Positions 40,240 to 49,482 of a stretch of 64,000 bases of DNA are shown here, piece by piece. The notes under the pieces were generated by a model that had not been told where the DNA came from, did not search any database, and saw only the letters and a program-made list of their open reading frames with translations. The stretch comes from Hyphomicrobiales bacterium. GTDB taxonomy: Bacteria; Pseudomonadota; Alphaproteobacteria; Rhizobiales; Xanthobacteraceae. The translations under genes and the position numbers were made by a program. Position 1 is the first letter of the stretch, and every line of letters starts with the position of its first letter. The stretch is from NCBI GenBank assembly GCA_017305555.1, contig JAFKKM010000016.1, positions 4,090 to 68,089 on the forward strand, in the 5' to 3' direction.

Positions 40240-41232
40240 TTACTTCGCCGCCAGCCGCACGCCGAGGCGTCCCGCCAGTTCCTGCGTGAACTGCCAGGCG
40301 ACGCGGCCGGAGCGGGAGCCGCGCGTGGTGGACCACTCCAGCGCCTCGTGTTCGAGTTGCTCGTCGTCGAGCTTGATGTCGAAGTGGGCGCAATAGCCGC
40401 GCACCATGGCGAGGTATTCGTCCTGGCTGCACTTGTGAAAGCCGAGCCACAGGCCGAAGCGATCCGACAGCGACACCTTCTCCTCGACCGCTTCGCCGGG
40501 ATTGATCGCGGTGGAGCGTTCGTTCTCCATCATCTCGCGCGCGAGCAAGTGACGACGGTTCGACGTCGCGTAGAGGATGACGTTGTCGGGGCGTCCCTCG
40601 ATGCCGCCTTCCAGCACCGCCTTCAGCGACTTGTACGACGCATCGTTGCCGTCGAACGACAGGTCGTCGCAGAATACGATGAACATGAAGTCGGAGGCGC
40701 GCAGCAGCGCCATCAGCGTCGGCAGGCTCTCGATGTCCTCGCGGTGAATTTCGATCAGCTTCAAACGGCCGTTGACGTCAGCCCGTGCGTTGACGCTGGC
40801 GTGCGCGGCCTTCACCAGCGACGACTTGCCCATGCCGCGCGCGCCCCACAGCAGCGCGTTGTTGGCGGGCAGGCCGGTGGCGAAGCGCTCGGTGTTCTCG
40901 ATCAGGATGTCGCGCATCCGGTCGACGCCCTTGAGCAGGCCGAGTTCGACGCGGTTGACTTTCGGCACCGGGATCAGCCGGCCGCTCGGGTTCCAGATGA
41001 AGGCCTCGGCCTTGGCGATGTCCTGCGGCGACGAGGTCGCGGGACCGCCGCTCGCGAGATGGGCGGCGATGGTTTCGAGCGCGCGGGCGATTCGAGCCGC
41101 GGTATCGTCGCCCGTGACGGGCGAGGGACGTTTTGCCGCGCTGGCGTGGGCCGTTGCAGCTTTGCCGGCGGGCTTGGCTTTTGCGGCGGAGCGGGCGGTT
41201 CGGGAGGGTTTTTTGCTTGGTTTTTTCGACAT
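40240..41232 (-). CDS. DUF815 AAA-type ATPase with Lys/Ala-rich N-terminal tail
   Basis: MSKKPSKKPSRTARSAAKAKPAGKAA.. followed by Walker A LWGARGMGKSSLVKA, Walker B-like FIVFCDDLSF and the conserved tail SGRVAWQF. Trimmed from track ORF 40240..41328. Confidence 0.85.
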   Translation of the reverse strand: MSKKPSKKPSRTARSAAKAKPAGKAATAHASAAKRPSPVTGDDTAARIARALETIAAHLASGGPATSSPQDIAKAEAFIWNPSGRLIPVPKVNRVELGLLKGVDRMRDILIENTERFATGLPANNALLWGARGMGKSSLVKAAHASVNARADVNGRLKLIEIHREDIESLPTLMALLRASDFMFIVFCDDLSFDGNDASYKSLKAVLEGGIEGRPDNVILYATSNRRHLLAREMMENERSTAINPGEAVEEKVSLSDRFGLWLGFHKCSQDEYLAMVRGYCAHFDIKLDDEQLEHEALEWSTTRGSRSGRVAWQFTQELAGRLGVRLAAK

Positions 41233-41427
41233 TTTCCGGGTTCCTGACGCAGCACCCTTAAAGGCCTCGGCCAGCCGCCGCAACCCGGCCCCGGCGCGGG
41301 ACGGAACAACCCCGTCGCGGCGTTGCAATTGAAACCGTGGCCGCTATAGTCCGCGCGAATTTGACCGAAACCGGCCCGGACGCTGCCGCGTCGCGCGGGT
41401 TTGCTTCCATTTCACAAGGATTTCCGG

Positions 41428-41793
41428 ATGCTGATTACCCCCGCCTTCGCTCAGGCCGCCGGCGCGGCTGGCGACACCAACAGCATGTTGATGTCGTTGC
41501 TGCCGTTCGCGCTGATTTTCGTTATCATGTACTTCCTGATCCTGCGGCCGCAGCAGCGGAAGGCGAAGGAACACAGCGACCTCGTGAAGAACGTCCGTCG
41601 CGGCGACACCGTCATCACCAATGGCGGGCTTGTCGGCAAGGTCACCAAGGTGGTGGACGACGAGCAGATCGAGATCGAGGTCGGCGACGGTGTGCGTATC
41701 CGCCAGATGCGCCAGATGATCTCCGGCGTCCGCACCAAGGGCGAGCCCGCCAAGGACAAGGGCGACACCAAGGACACCGCTTCCGCGAGTTGA
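41428..41793 (+). CDS. yajC: preprotein translocase subunit YajC
   Basis: LLPFALIFVIMYFLILRPQQRKAKEH..VRRGDTVITNGGLVGKVTKV. ATG 41428 lies inside track ORF 41401..41793. Confidence 0.9.
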   Translation: MLITPAFAQAAGAAGDTNSMLMSLLPFALIFVIMYFLILRPQQRKAKEHSDLVKNVRRGDTVITNGGLVGKVTKVVDDEQIEIEVGDGVRIRQMRQMISGVRTKGEPAKDKGDTKDTASAS

Positions 41794-41942
41794 TCGCACA
41801 GTGCGAGGGTCCGATCCAACTGCGTTGAATCAGGCCCGTCGCTTAGCTTTTTGTTTGAGCATGGTCCTTTCCGAAAACTGATTTCCACTTTTCGGGATCA
41901 TGCCTTAGAAGGCCATACCGGAACGTCTGACGGATCAATTCG

Positions 41943-43541
41943 ATGTTGTATTTCACGCGGTGGAAGGCTTTGGCGATCGTCGCCACAGCGCTCCTGGTGT
42001 GCCTGTGCGCGGTCCCCAATTTCTTCCCCGAAGCGACCGTCAAGACCTGGCCGAAATGGGCGCAGCGCCATCTGGTGCTGGGCCTCGACTTGCAGGGCGG
42101 CTCGCACATCCTGCTTGAGGTCGACGCCAAATCCGTCAAGAAGGACAAGCTCGATCAGGTCCGCGACGAAACCCGGCGCGCGCTGCGTGACGCCCGCATC
42201 GGCTACACCGGTCTCGCGATCCGCGGCGATGCCGTCGAGGTTCGCGTCAAGGAGCCCGATCTCGAAAAGGCTCTGGCGAAGCTGAAGGAACTGTCGCAGC
42301 CGCTTAGCGGCATTCTCGGCTCCACCGGCGCGCGCAGCGTCGAGATCAGCGATGCCGGCGGCGGCCTGATCCGCATGAACGTGCCGCAGGCGGCGATTTC
42401 CGATCGCATCCGCCAGTCGGTCGATCAATCGATCCAGATCGTCGAGCGCCGTGTCAACGAACTCGGCACCGTCGAACCGTTGATCCAGCGGCAGGGGCTG
42501 GACCGCATCTTGGTGCAGGTCCCCGGCCTGCAAGATCCGACGCGGTTGAAGGAAATTCTTGGCAAGACCGCGAAGATGGACTTCCGCATGGTCGATCCGT
42601 CGGTGTCGCCGGAGCAGGCGGCACAGGGTCGCGCACCGCCGGATGACGAAGTGTTGATGAGCGCGCAGGAGCCGAAGGTTCCTTACGTCATCAAGAAGGA
42701 AGTGTTGGTGTCGGGCGCCGACCTGACCGACGCGCAGCCGGGCTTCGACCAGCGCACCGGCGAGCCCATCGTCTCCTTCAAGTTCAATACCTCCGGCGCG
42801 CGCAAGTTCGCCGATGCGACGCTGAAGAACGTCGGCACGCCGTTCGCCATCATCCTCGATAACGAAGTGATCTCGGCCCCGGTCATCCGCGAGCCGATCA
42901 CCGGTGGGTCGGGGCAGATTTCCGGCGGCTTCACCGTGCAGCAGGCCAACGATCTCGCGATCCTGCTGCGCGCCGGTGCGCTGCCGGCGCCGCTCACCAT
43001 CATCGAGGAGCGCACCGTCGGCCCCGGCCTCGGACAGGATTCGATCGAGAAGGGCGAGCGCGCCGCATATGTCGGCTCGGTGCTGGTCATCGTCTTCATG
43101 CTGCTGACGTACCGGCTGTTCGGCGTATTCGCCAACATCGCGGTGGCGATCAACGTTGCCATGATCTTCGGCGTGCTGTCGCTGCTCAACGCGACGCTGA
43201 CTTTGCCGGGCATCGCCGGCATCGTGCTGACGGTCGGCATCGCTGTGGACTCCAACGTGCTGATCTACGAGCGCATTCGTGAAGAGTTGCGCGCCGGCCG
43301 CACCGCCATCTCGGCCATCGACGCCGGATTCAAACGGGCGCTGGCGACCATTCTCGACTCCAACATCACCACCTTCATCGCCGCCGCCGTGCTGTTCTAC
43401 ATCGGCACCGGCCCGGTGCGCGGCTTCGCCGTGACGCTCGGCATCGGCATCATCACCACGGTCTTCACCGCCTTCGAAGTGACGCGCTTGATCGTCGCCG
43501 CCTGGGTGCGCTGGAAGCGGCCGCAAACCGTGCCGATTTGA
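41943..43541 (+). CDS. secD: protein translocase subunit SecD
   Basis: LGLDLQGGSHILLEVD..RVNELGTVEPLIQRQG..GPGLGQDSI..VDSNVLIYERIREE. Confidence 0.96.
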   Translation: MLYFTRWKALAIVATALLVCLCAVPNFFPEATVKTWPKWAQRHLVLGLDLQGGSHILLEVDAKSVKKDKLDQVRDETRRALRDARIGYTGLAIRGDAVEVRVKEPDLEKALAKLKELSQPLSGILGSTGARSVEISDAGGGLIRMNVPQAAISDRIRQSVDQSIQIVERRVNELGTVEPLIQRQGLDRILVQVPGLQDPTRLKEILGKTAKMDFRMVDPSVSPEQAAQGRAPPDDEVLMSAQEPKVPYVIKKEVLVSGADLTDAQPGFDQRTGEPIVSFKFNTSGARKFADATLKNVGTPFAIILDNEVISAPVIREPITGGSGQISGGFTVQQANDLAILLRAGALPAPLTIIEERTVGPGLGQDSIEKGERAAYVGSVLVIVFMLLTYRLFGVFANIAVAINVAMIFGVLSLLNATLTLPGIAGIVLTVGIAVDSNVLIYERIREELRAGRTAISAIDAGFKRALATILDSNITTFIAAAVLFYIGTGPVRGFAVTLGIGIITTVFTAFEVTRLIVAAWVRWKRPQTVPI

Positions 43542-43557
43542 GAGAACGGAGCCGGCT

Positions 43558-44616
43558 GTGACACATACGATCCTATTGGCTCTTGCCGCTCTCATCGTGG
43601 TGCTGACCATCGCCAGCATCTTTGGATGGCTGCCGACGTTCCGCATCGTGCCGGACGACACGCATTTCGACTTCACCCAATTCCGCCGCATCAGCTTTCC
43701 GATTTCGGCGGTGCTGTCGATCTGCGCCATCACGCTGTTCTTCACCCATGGCCTGAACTTCGGCATCGATTTCAAGGGCGGCACCTTGATGGAGGTGCAG
43801 ACCAAGAGCGGCCCGGCCGACATCGCAACGATGCGCACCACGCTCAGCAATCTCGGCCTCGGCGAGGTGCAACTTCAGCAGTTCGGCGCACCGGATAACG
43901 TGTTGCTCCGCGTGGCCGAACAGCCCGGCGGCGACGAAGCGCAGCAGGCGGCGGTGCAGAAGGTGCGCGGCGCGCTCGGCAGCAACGTCGAATATCGCCG
44001 TGTCGAAGTGGTCGGTCCGCGCGTTTCCGGCGAGCTGCTCGCTTATGGCATGCTCGGTCTGATCCTCGCCATCGTCGGCATCCTGATCTATCTCTGGTTC
44101 CGCTTCGAATGGCAGTTCGCGCTCGGCGCCATGGTCGCCAACGTCCACGACATCGTGCTGACCATTGGCTTCATGTCGATCTCGCAAGTTGACTTCGACC
44201 TCACCAGTATCGCGGCACTCCTGACTATTCTCGGCTATTCGCTGAACGATACCGTGGTCATCTACGATCGTATTCGCGAACTGTTGCGGCGCTACAAGAA
44301 GATGCCGATGCCGCAGCTTCTCAATGAATCGATCAACCAGACGCTGTCGCGTTCCATCATCACCCATTTGACGGTGACGCTGGCGTTGCTGGCGCTGCTG
44401 GTGTTCGGCGGCAACGCGATCCACTCCTTCACCGCGGTGATGATGTTCGGCGTGGTGCTGGTCGGCACCTATACCTCGATCTTCATCGCGGCCCCGGTCC
44501 TGATCTATCTCGGTGTCGGCAACCATCGCGAGGATGCCGCGCCGCTGAACGCCGCAAAGCCGGCCAAGAAAAAGTCGACCGAAGCTGCGAAGGCCGACAC
44601 CACCGCCAAGGCGTGA
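43558..44616 (+). CDS. secF: protein translocase subunit SecF
   Basis: GTG start. NFGIDFKGGT..VGPRVSGEL..SLNDTVVIYDRIRE. Confidence 0.94.
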   Translation: MTHTILLALAALIVVLTIASIFGWLPTFRIVPDDTHFDFTQFRRISFPISAVLSICAITLFFTHGLNFGIDFKGGTLMEVQTKSGPADIATMRTTLSNLGLGEVQLQQFGAPDNVLLRVAEQPGGDEAQQAAVQKVRGALGSNVEYRRVEVVGPRVSGELLAYGMLGLILAIVGILIYLWFRFEWQFALGAMVANVHDIVLTIGFMSISQVDFDLTSIAALLTILGYSLNDTVVIYDRIRELLRRYKKMPMPQLLNESINQTLSRSIITHLTVTLALLALLVFGGNAIHSFTAVMMFGVVLVGTYTSIFIAAPVLIYLGVGNHREDAAPLNAAKPAKKKSTEAAKADTTAKA

Positions 44617-44619
44617 GCC

Positions 44620-45000
44620 GTGGCGTCCGGCGACGCACCGCATCTGCCGCGCTCGGCGCCGATCGAGGCGTATGGCAATGGCGGCTTTCGTTTTGATGAG
44701 ATGTCGCATCGCGGCTCGCTGCTCTGCCTGCCGGATTCGATGTGGGCATGGCCGGTGACGACGCCGCAACAGATCGATCGCTATTCGCTGGAGCGGGTGT
44801 TCGAGAAGGCCAACAGCATCGACACGTTGCTCATCGGCACCGGCAACGACGTCTGGTTGCCGCCGAACGATTTGCGCGAGGCGCTGCGGCGGCTGCATGT
44901 CGGCATCGATGCGATGCAGACAGGGCCTGCGATCCGTACCTATAACATCATGCTGGGCGAACGGCGGCGCGTCGCGGCGGCGCTGATCGCGGTGCCATGA
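44620..45000 (+). CDS. Mth938-like (DUF498) protein, NDUFAF3 homologue
   Basis: 126 aa: IEAYGNGGFRFDEMSHRGSLLCLP..DTLLIGTGNDVW..IDAMQTGPAIRTYNIMLGERRRVAAALI. The GTG start lies 4 nt after the secF stop. Confidence 0.8.
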   Translation: MASGDAPHLPRSAPIEAYGNGGFRFDEMSHRGSLLCLPDSMWAWPVTTPQQIDRYSLERVFEKANSIDTLLIGTGNDVWLPPNDLREALRRLHVGIDAMQTGPAIRTYNIMLGERRRVAAALIAVP

Positions 45001-45010
45001 GTGTGGTGTC

Positions 45011-45868
45011 ATGAGTACGTCGCAGGACGACGCGGCCGCGTTCTGTGCCGGGTTGGTGCGCGAGTTCGATTTCACCCGTTATGCGTCGACGCTATTCGTT
45101 ATGCCGGAGCAGCGCCGCGCATTGCTGGCGCTCTATGCCTTCAACGTCGAAATCGCGCGTGTCCACGAACACATTCGCCAGCCGATGGCCGGCGAGATCC
45201 GCCTGCAATGGTGGACCGACATGCTGGGCGAGCAGGGGCACGGTTATATCGAGGGTAGCCCTGTCGCCTCGGAATTGATGCGCGCCATCGCGACATATGC
45301 ACTGCCGGTGGAGCGGCTGACCCGGCTGATCGAAGCGCATCAGTTCGACCTCTATAACGACCCGATGCCGGATAGCGAGGTGCTCGACACCTACGCGCAG
45401 GAAACCTCAAGCGCGTTGTTCGAACTCGGCGCGCGGATCGCTGGCGCAGCGCCCGATGTGCTTCCCGAAGTGACACGGCAGGCCGGCATCGCGGAAACCT
45501 ATCTGCATGTGCTGACGCGGTTGCCGTTCGATGCCTCGCGGCAGCAGGTCTATCTGCCGCTCGACATGCTGACGCGGCACGGCGGCAGCGTCGACGAGGT
45601 CTTCGCAGGCAAGATGACGCCTGCGTTGCGCGCGACGATTGAGGAATTCGTCGACCTTGCGCTGTCGCATTTCAAGCTGATGCACGAACCGCTGATGGCG
45701 TTGCCGCAGGACGCCCGGCGGGTGTTCCTGCCGATGGCTGTGACGCGCCGCACGCTGGAGCGCGCACGGCGGCCCGACTTCGATCCCTACACACCGCAGC
45801 CGGACTCGCGACTGCGCATCCTCTGGACGCTGTGGCGCGCGTCACGCTCGCGGGATTTCCGCGGGTAG
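45011..45868 (+). CDS. squalene/phytoene synthase family protein, NDUFAF6-like
   Basis: CAGLVREFDFTRYASTLF..RRALLALYAFNVEIARV..RLQWWTD.., trans-isoprenyl diphosphate synthase head-to-head fold family. Confidence 0.8.
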   Translation: MSTSQDDAAAFCAGLVREFDFTRYASTLFVMPEQRRALLALYAFNVEIARVHEHIRQPMAGEIRLQWWTDMLGEQGHGYIEGSPVASELMRAIATYALPVERLTRLIEAHQFDLYNDPMPDSEVLDTYAQETSSALFELGARIAGAAPDVLPEVTRQAGIAETYLHVLTRLPFDASRQQVYLPLDMLTRHGGSVDEVFAGKMTPALRATIEEFVDLALSHFKLMHEPLMALPQDARRVFLPMAVTRRTLERARRPDFDPYTPQPDSRLRILWTLWRASRSRDFRG

Positions 45869-45942
45869 GATGGGATGAACTGAAGTCGAGAGAGGATGAC
45901 TGCGAGATGCAGTTTGTCGAAGGACGCTCAAACGACCATTGG

Positions 45943-46063
45943 CGTCGTCCCCGCGAAGGCGAGGACCCAGAACCCCTGGCAGCAATTATAGCGCCATAAA
46001 CTAGCCTTGGTGATGGAGCCGAACCGCTGCGGCGTCTGGGTCCCCGCCTTCGCGGGGACGACG
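45943..46063. repeat. Family A palindromic element, copy A3 (core inverted relative to A1/A4)
   Basis: CGTCGTCCCCGCGAAGGCGAGGACCCAGA ... TCTGGGTCCCCGCCTTCGCGGGGACGACG. The core is the reverse complement of the A1/A4 core (GACGCCGCAGCGGTTCGGCTCCATC..). Confidence 0.9.
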
Positions 46064-46125
46064 TTTTTCGTATTGAGAGTTGGACCGGAAAACGAAATTC
46101 CGATCAGGCTTTCAGAGCCGCCTCA

Positions 46126-46548
46126 TCACGACGCCGTGGCGGTGGCCTCGGTCCTCGGCTTCAAAATGGCGTAATTGCCGTTGGCCTGGGCCACCAGCGT
46201 GTCGCCGACATAGAGACGGGAATCGAGATTGGCGATGGTTCGCCCGCGATTGAGCACCGTGGTTTCGCAGCGGACGACGCCGGACGGCACCGCACGAAAA
46301 TAGCTCATCTTGATTTCGATGGTGGCGCAGGTCTCGCCCTTCGCAAGAGTTGGGTAGAGCGCCACGCCCATGCCAGTATCGGCGAGCGCATAAAGCACCG
46401 CGCCGTGCGTGATGAGATGTGGGTTATGATGGAGGTCCGGTTCGATCTCGACCGAACAGACGCTGCGTCCCACGGCTTGCTCATCGACACGGAGTTTCAT
46501 CGCATCCGCGAACGGATGACGCGGAGGTATCTTAGCTGGATGCGTCAA
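46126..46548 (-). CDS. PaaI-family hotdog-fold thioesterase
   Basis: 140 aa: ..NPHLITHGAVLYALADTGMGVAL..TIEIKMSYFRAV.. Confidence 0.8.
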   Translation of the reverse strand: MTHPAKIPPRHPFADAMKLRVDEQAVGRSVCSVEIEPDLHHNPHLITHGAVLYALADTGMGVALYPTLAKGETCATIEIKMSYFRAVPSGVVRCETTVLNRGRTIANLDSRLYVGDTLVAQANGNYAILKPRTEATATAS

Positions 46549-46586
46549 GGTGAATGTTTCCGCGTGGAGGTGAGATGGTCGCTTTG

Positions 46587-46659
46587 GTCATTGCGAGGAG
46601 CGAAGCGGCGAAGCAACCCAATCTCCCTCAAGAGTCTGGATTGCTTCGCTCGCAATGAC
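46587..46659. repeat. Family D long-hairpin element, copy D2
   Basis: GTCATTGCGAGGAGCGAAGCGGCGAAGCAACCCA-(loop)-TCTGGATTGCTTCGCTCGCAATGAC. Confidence 0.9.
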
Positions 46660-46686
46660 GGTGGCCGTTGTGTTCCGCGTCTCTGC

Positions 46687-47607
46687 TTACACCGCGTCCC
46701 AATTGAAGATGTCGGCGGAGCGGTCGAGTTTGTAGAACGACGACTTCAGCGCCGGCATGCCGTGCTCGGCGATGGTCTGCGGTGTCCAGCCTTCGCCGCG
46801 ATGGATCGAGCGGATCGGCCGCGACTGGCCCATCAGGAAGATCTCGTTCATGCGCACTGCGAAGATCTGTCCGGTGACGTCCTTGGCGGCGTCGCCGAGC
46901 AGGTAGACCGCAAGCGACGCGATCTTTTCCGGACCCATCTGCTGCATCCGCTTGACGCGTTCCTTCTCGGCTTCGGTCTCGGTCGGAATGGTGCCGATCA
47001 GGCGGCTCCAGGCGAACGGCGAGATGCAGTTGGAACGGACGTGGAAGCGGCTCATGTCGAGCGCGATGGATTTGGACAAGCCGACGATGCCGAGCTTGGC
47101 GGCGGCGTAGTTGGCCTGGCCGAAGTTGCCGATCAGGCCCGAGGTCGACGTGAAGTGGACGAACGAGCCGCTGTCCTGTTCCTTGAACAGGCGCGCGGCG
47201 GCGTGGGACACGTAGAACGAGCCCATCAGATGCACCTTGATGACCTGCTCGAACGCGTCGACGCTCATGCGATGGAAGATCGCGTCCCGCAGAATGCCGG
47301 CGTTGTTCACCACGCCGTCGAGCTTGCCGTAGGTGTCGGTCGCGGTCTTGACGATGTTGGCGGCGGCGAGCGCTTCGGCGACGCTGTCGAAATTCGCGAC
47401 CGCGGTGCCGCCGGCCTTGCGGATTTCCTCGACCACTTCCTCGGCGGGCGCGGCATCGGTGCCGGAGCCGTCGGCGGCGACGCCGGGATCGTTGACCACA
47501 ACCTTGGCGCCTTCGGCAGCCGCGAGCAGCGCAATAGCGCGGCCGATGCCACGCCCCGCGCCGGTGACGATGATGACCTTGCCGTCGAGTGATTTGGTGT
47601 TTGCCAT
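46687..47607 (-). CDS. SDR-family oxidoreductase (MFE-2-type 3-hydroxyacyl-CoA dehydrogenase-like)
   Basis: VIIVTGAGRGIGRAIAL..NNAGILRD..YAAAKLGIVGLSK. 306 aa with a C-terminal extension. Confidence 0.85.
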   Translation of the reverse strand: MANTKSLDGKVIIVTGAGRGIGRAIALLAAAEGAKVVVNDPGVAADGSGTDAAPAEEVVEEIRKAGGTAVANFDSVAEALAAANIVKTATDTYGKLDGVVNNAGILRDAIFHRMSVDAFEQVIKVHLMGSFYVSHAAARLFKEQDSGSFVHFTSTSGLIGNFGQANYAAAKLGIVGLSKSIALDMSRFHVRSNCISPFAWSRLIGTIPTETEAEKERVKRMQQMGPEKIASLAVYLLGDAAKDVTGQIFAVRMNEIFLMGQSRPIRSIHRGEGWTPQTIAEHGMPALKSSFYKLDRSADIFNWDAV

Positions 47608-47626
47608 GGTGCTCTCGTGTTTGCGA

Positions 47627-48766
47627 TTACTTCTCGTTGGTGAAAATGATGGTGCCGGATGCGGCGAACATGCCGCCGACGCCGTGACAGACGGAGATTT
47701 TTGCGTCCTTGACCTGTGCCGGCGCGATGCCGCGCATCTGCCGCACGCTCTCCTGCAACGCGTACATGCCGTACATGCCCGAGTGCATGTAGCTGAGGCC
47801 GCCGCCGTTGGTGTTGAGCGGCAGCTTGCCGCCGGGTCGCGTGTTGCCGTCGGCGATAAACTTGCCGGTTTCCTCGTAGGGCATGAAGCCGAGATCGCCG
47901 AGGCCGTAGAGCGGCAGATGCGCGAAGGCGTCGTAGATCATCAGATGATCGACGTCCTTGTGGGTGATGCCGGCTTCCTTGAATGCTAAGGGCCCCGCCA
48001 CCTTGAAGGCGCGCGATGAATCGAACGTCTCCATCTGGCTGACCATCGGCGTCTCGACGCTCTCGCCGGTGCCGAGGATGTAGACGGGCTTGCGCGGAAA
48101 GTCCTTGGCGCGATCGGCCGAAGTGAGGATCAGCGCGCCGCCGCCGTCGGTGACGAGGCAGCACTGCAAGAGGCGGAACGGATAGGCGATCATCCGCGAG
48201 TTGAGCACATCGGCGACCGTGATCGGGTCCTTCATCATCGCGCGCGGATTCTTCGCCGCCCATTCACGTTGCGCCACCGCGACGGACGCGATCTGCTCGT
48301 GCGTGATCCCGTAGGTCTTCATGAAGCGCAGCACCGGGATTGGGAACATGCTCGGCGGGCCGTAAACGCCGAACGGTGCCTCGAACTGGCCTTGCAGGCT
48401 GTAGGCCGGGATCGAGCGCGGCGGCTTGCCGATCATCGACTTGCCGCTCTCGGCATGGGTGATCAGCACCGTCTTGCACAGGCCGGCTTCGATGGCGGCG
48501 GCGGCGTGACGGACATGCAGCATGAACGAGCAGCCGCCGACCGAGGTGCCGTCGACCCAGGTGGGCGTGATGCCGAGATAATGCGCGATCTGCTGCGGCG
48601 TCTCCACAGCCGTTGCGATGCCGTCGATGTCCGAGAGTTTCAATCCGGCATCGGCGATGGCGTTGAGCGCCGCATCCGCGTGAAGCTGGATCTGCGACAT
48701 ATCAGGGATGACGCCGAGCTTGGTGGTTTCCGCCGCGCCGACCACGGCGACTTGATTGCGTCGCAT
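47627..48766 (-). CDS. thiolase-fold protein, SCP-x/lipid-transfer (non-canonical thiolase) type
   Basis: VAVVGAAETTKLG..GGCSFMLHVRHAAAAI..NTNGGGLSYMHSGMYGMY..HGVGGMFAASGTIIF. It is paired with a DUF35 gene. Confidence 0.85.
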   Translation of the reverse strand: MRRNQVAVVGAAETTKLGVIPDMSQIQLHADAALNAIADAGLKLSDIDGIATAVETPQQIAHYLGITPTWVDGTSVGGCSFMLHVRHAAAAIEAGLCKTVLITHAESGKSMIGKPPRSIPAYSLQGQFEAPFGVYGPPSMFPIPVLRFMKTYGITHEQIASVAVAQREWAAKNPRAMMKDPITVADVLNSRMIAYPFRLLQCCLVTDGGGALILTSADRAKDFPRKPVYILGTGESVETPMVSQMETFDSSRAFKVAGPLAFKEAGITHKDVDHLMIYDAFAHLPLYGLGDLGFMPYEETGKFIADGNTRPGGKLPLNTNGGGLSYMHSGMYGMYALQESVRQMRGIAPAQVKDAKISVCHGVGGMFAASGTIIFTNEK

Positions 48767-48770
48767 GAGT

Positions 48771-49184
48771 TTAAGCCTTTGCCGGAGCGAACTGGGGGAG
48801 GGTGATGGCGTCGTCGAGCTTTTCGAACTTCACCTTCAGCGGCATGTCGAGCACCAATGCCTCCGGCGTCTGCGGACAATCGAGGATGTTGGCCATCATC
48901 CGCGGGCCTTCTTCCAGCGTCACCACGGCGATGGCGTAGGGTGGGGTGAAGCCCGGCGCAGCGGGGCGGTGATTGATGACGTAGCTGTAGAGCGTCGCCT
49001 TGCCGCTCGCCGGGAACACCGAGACCTTACGCGAGGCGCAGGCGGGGCAGAATGGACGCGGCGGGAAGTAGACGTGGTCGCAGGCGTCGCAGCGTTGCAG
49101 GCGCAATTCGCCGGCCTTGGTGCCGTCCCAGAAGTGTTGCGTTTCCGGTGTCGGAATGGGGCGCGCGCGCGCAGCTTCGGCCAT
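48771..49184 (-). CDS. DUF35 OB-fold/zinc-ribbon protein (thiolase partner)
   Basis: FWDGTKAGELRLQRCDACDHVYFPPRPFCPACAS (Cys4 ribbon) followed by an OB fold. Trimmed from track ORF 48771..49232. Confidence 0.85.
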   Translation of the reverse strand: MAEAARARPIPTPETQHFWDGTKAGELRLQRCDACDHVYFPPRPFCPACASRKVSVFPASGKATLYSYVINHRPAAPGFTPPYAIAVVTLEEGPRMMANILDCPQTPEALVLDMPLKVKFEKLDDAITLPQFAPAKA

Positions 49185-49482
49185 ATCTCGTTTCCTCATT
49201 TGTCGTGACGCGGATCGATCGAGCCCGCGCATGGTAATCTTGATGCGCCATTTTTCCGCCCAGCGTCAACGCTTCGGCGGTGGTTGACGGGCAGATATGC
49301 CGATGGCGTTGAGCCGTCCGCGAGACGGAATTGACGCGCGGCCGCGCCGCCGCGCTCCGCGCGCGGACCTCACGGCCGGCAAAAGATACCTTGCCAGCCG
49401 GCCTTGCATCCGGCAAACGCAAGACGATAGATTGTCGCAGAGAGATTATGCCGCATAACAAAAACAATCCGGGAGGAATGAG

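Noticed and set aside
49264-49289. Inverted repeat CGTCAAC-N12-GTTGACG in the divergent region between the DUF35-thiolase operon and the ABC importer, as an operator.
   Set aside because: The arms are only 7 bp, there is no regulator gene nearby to pair it with, and I cannot assess conservation. This is too weak to list as a feature.
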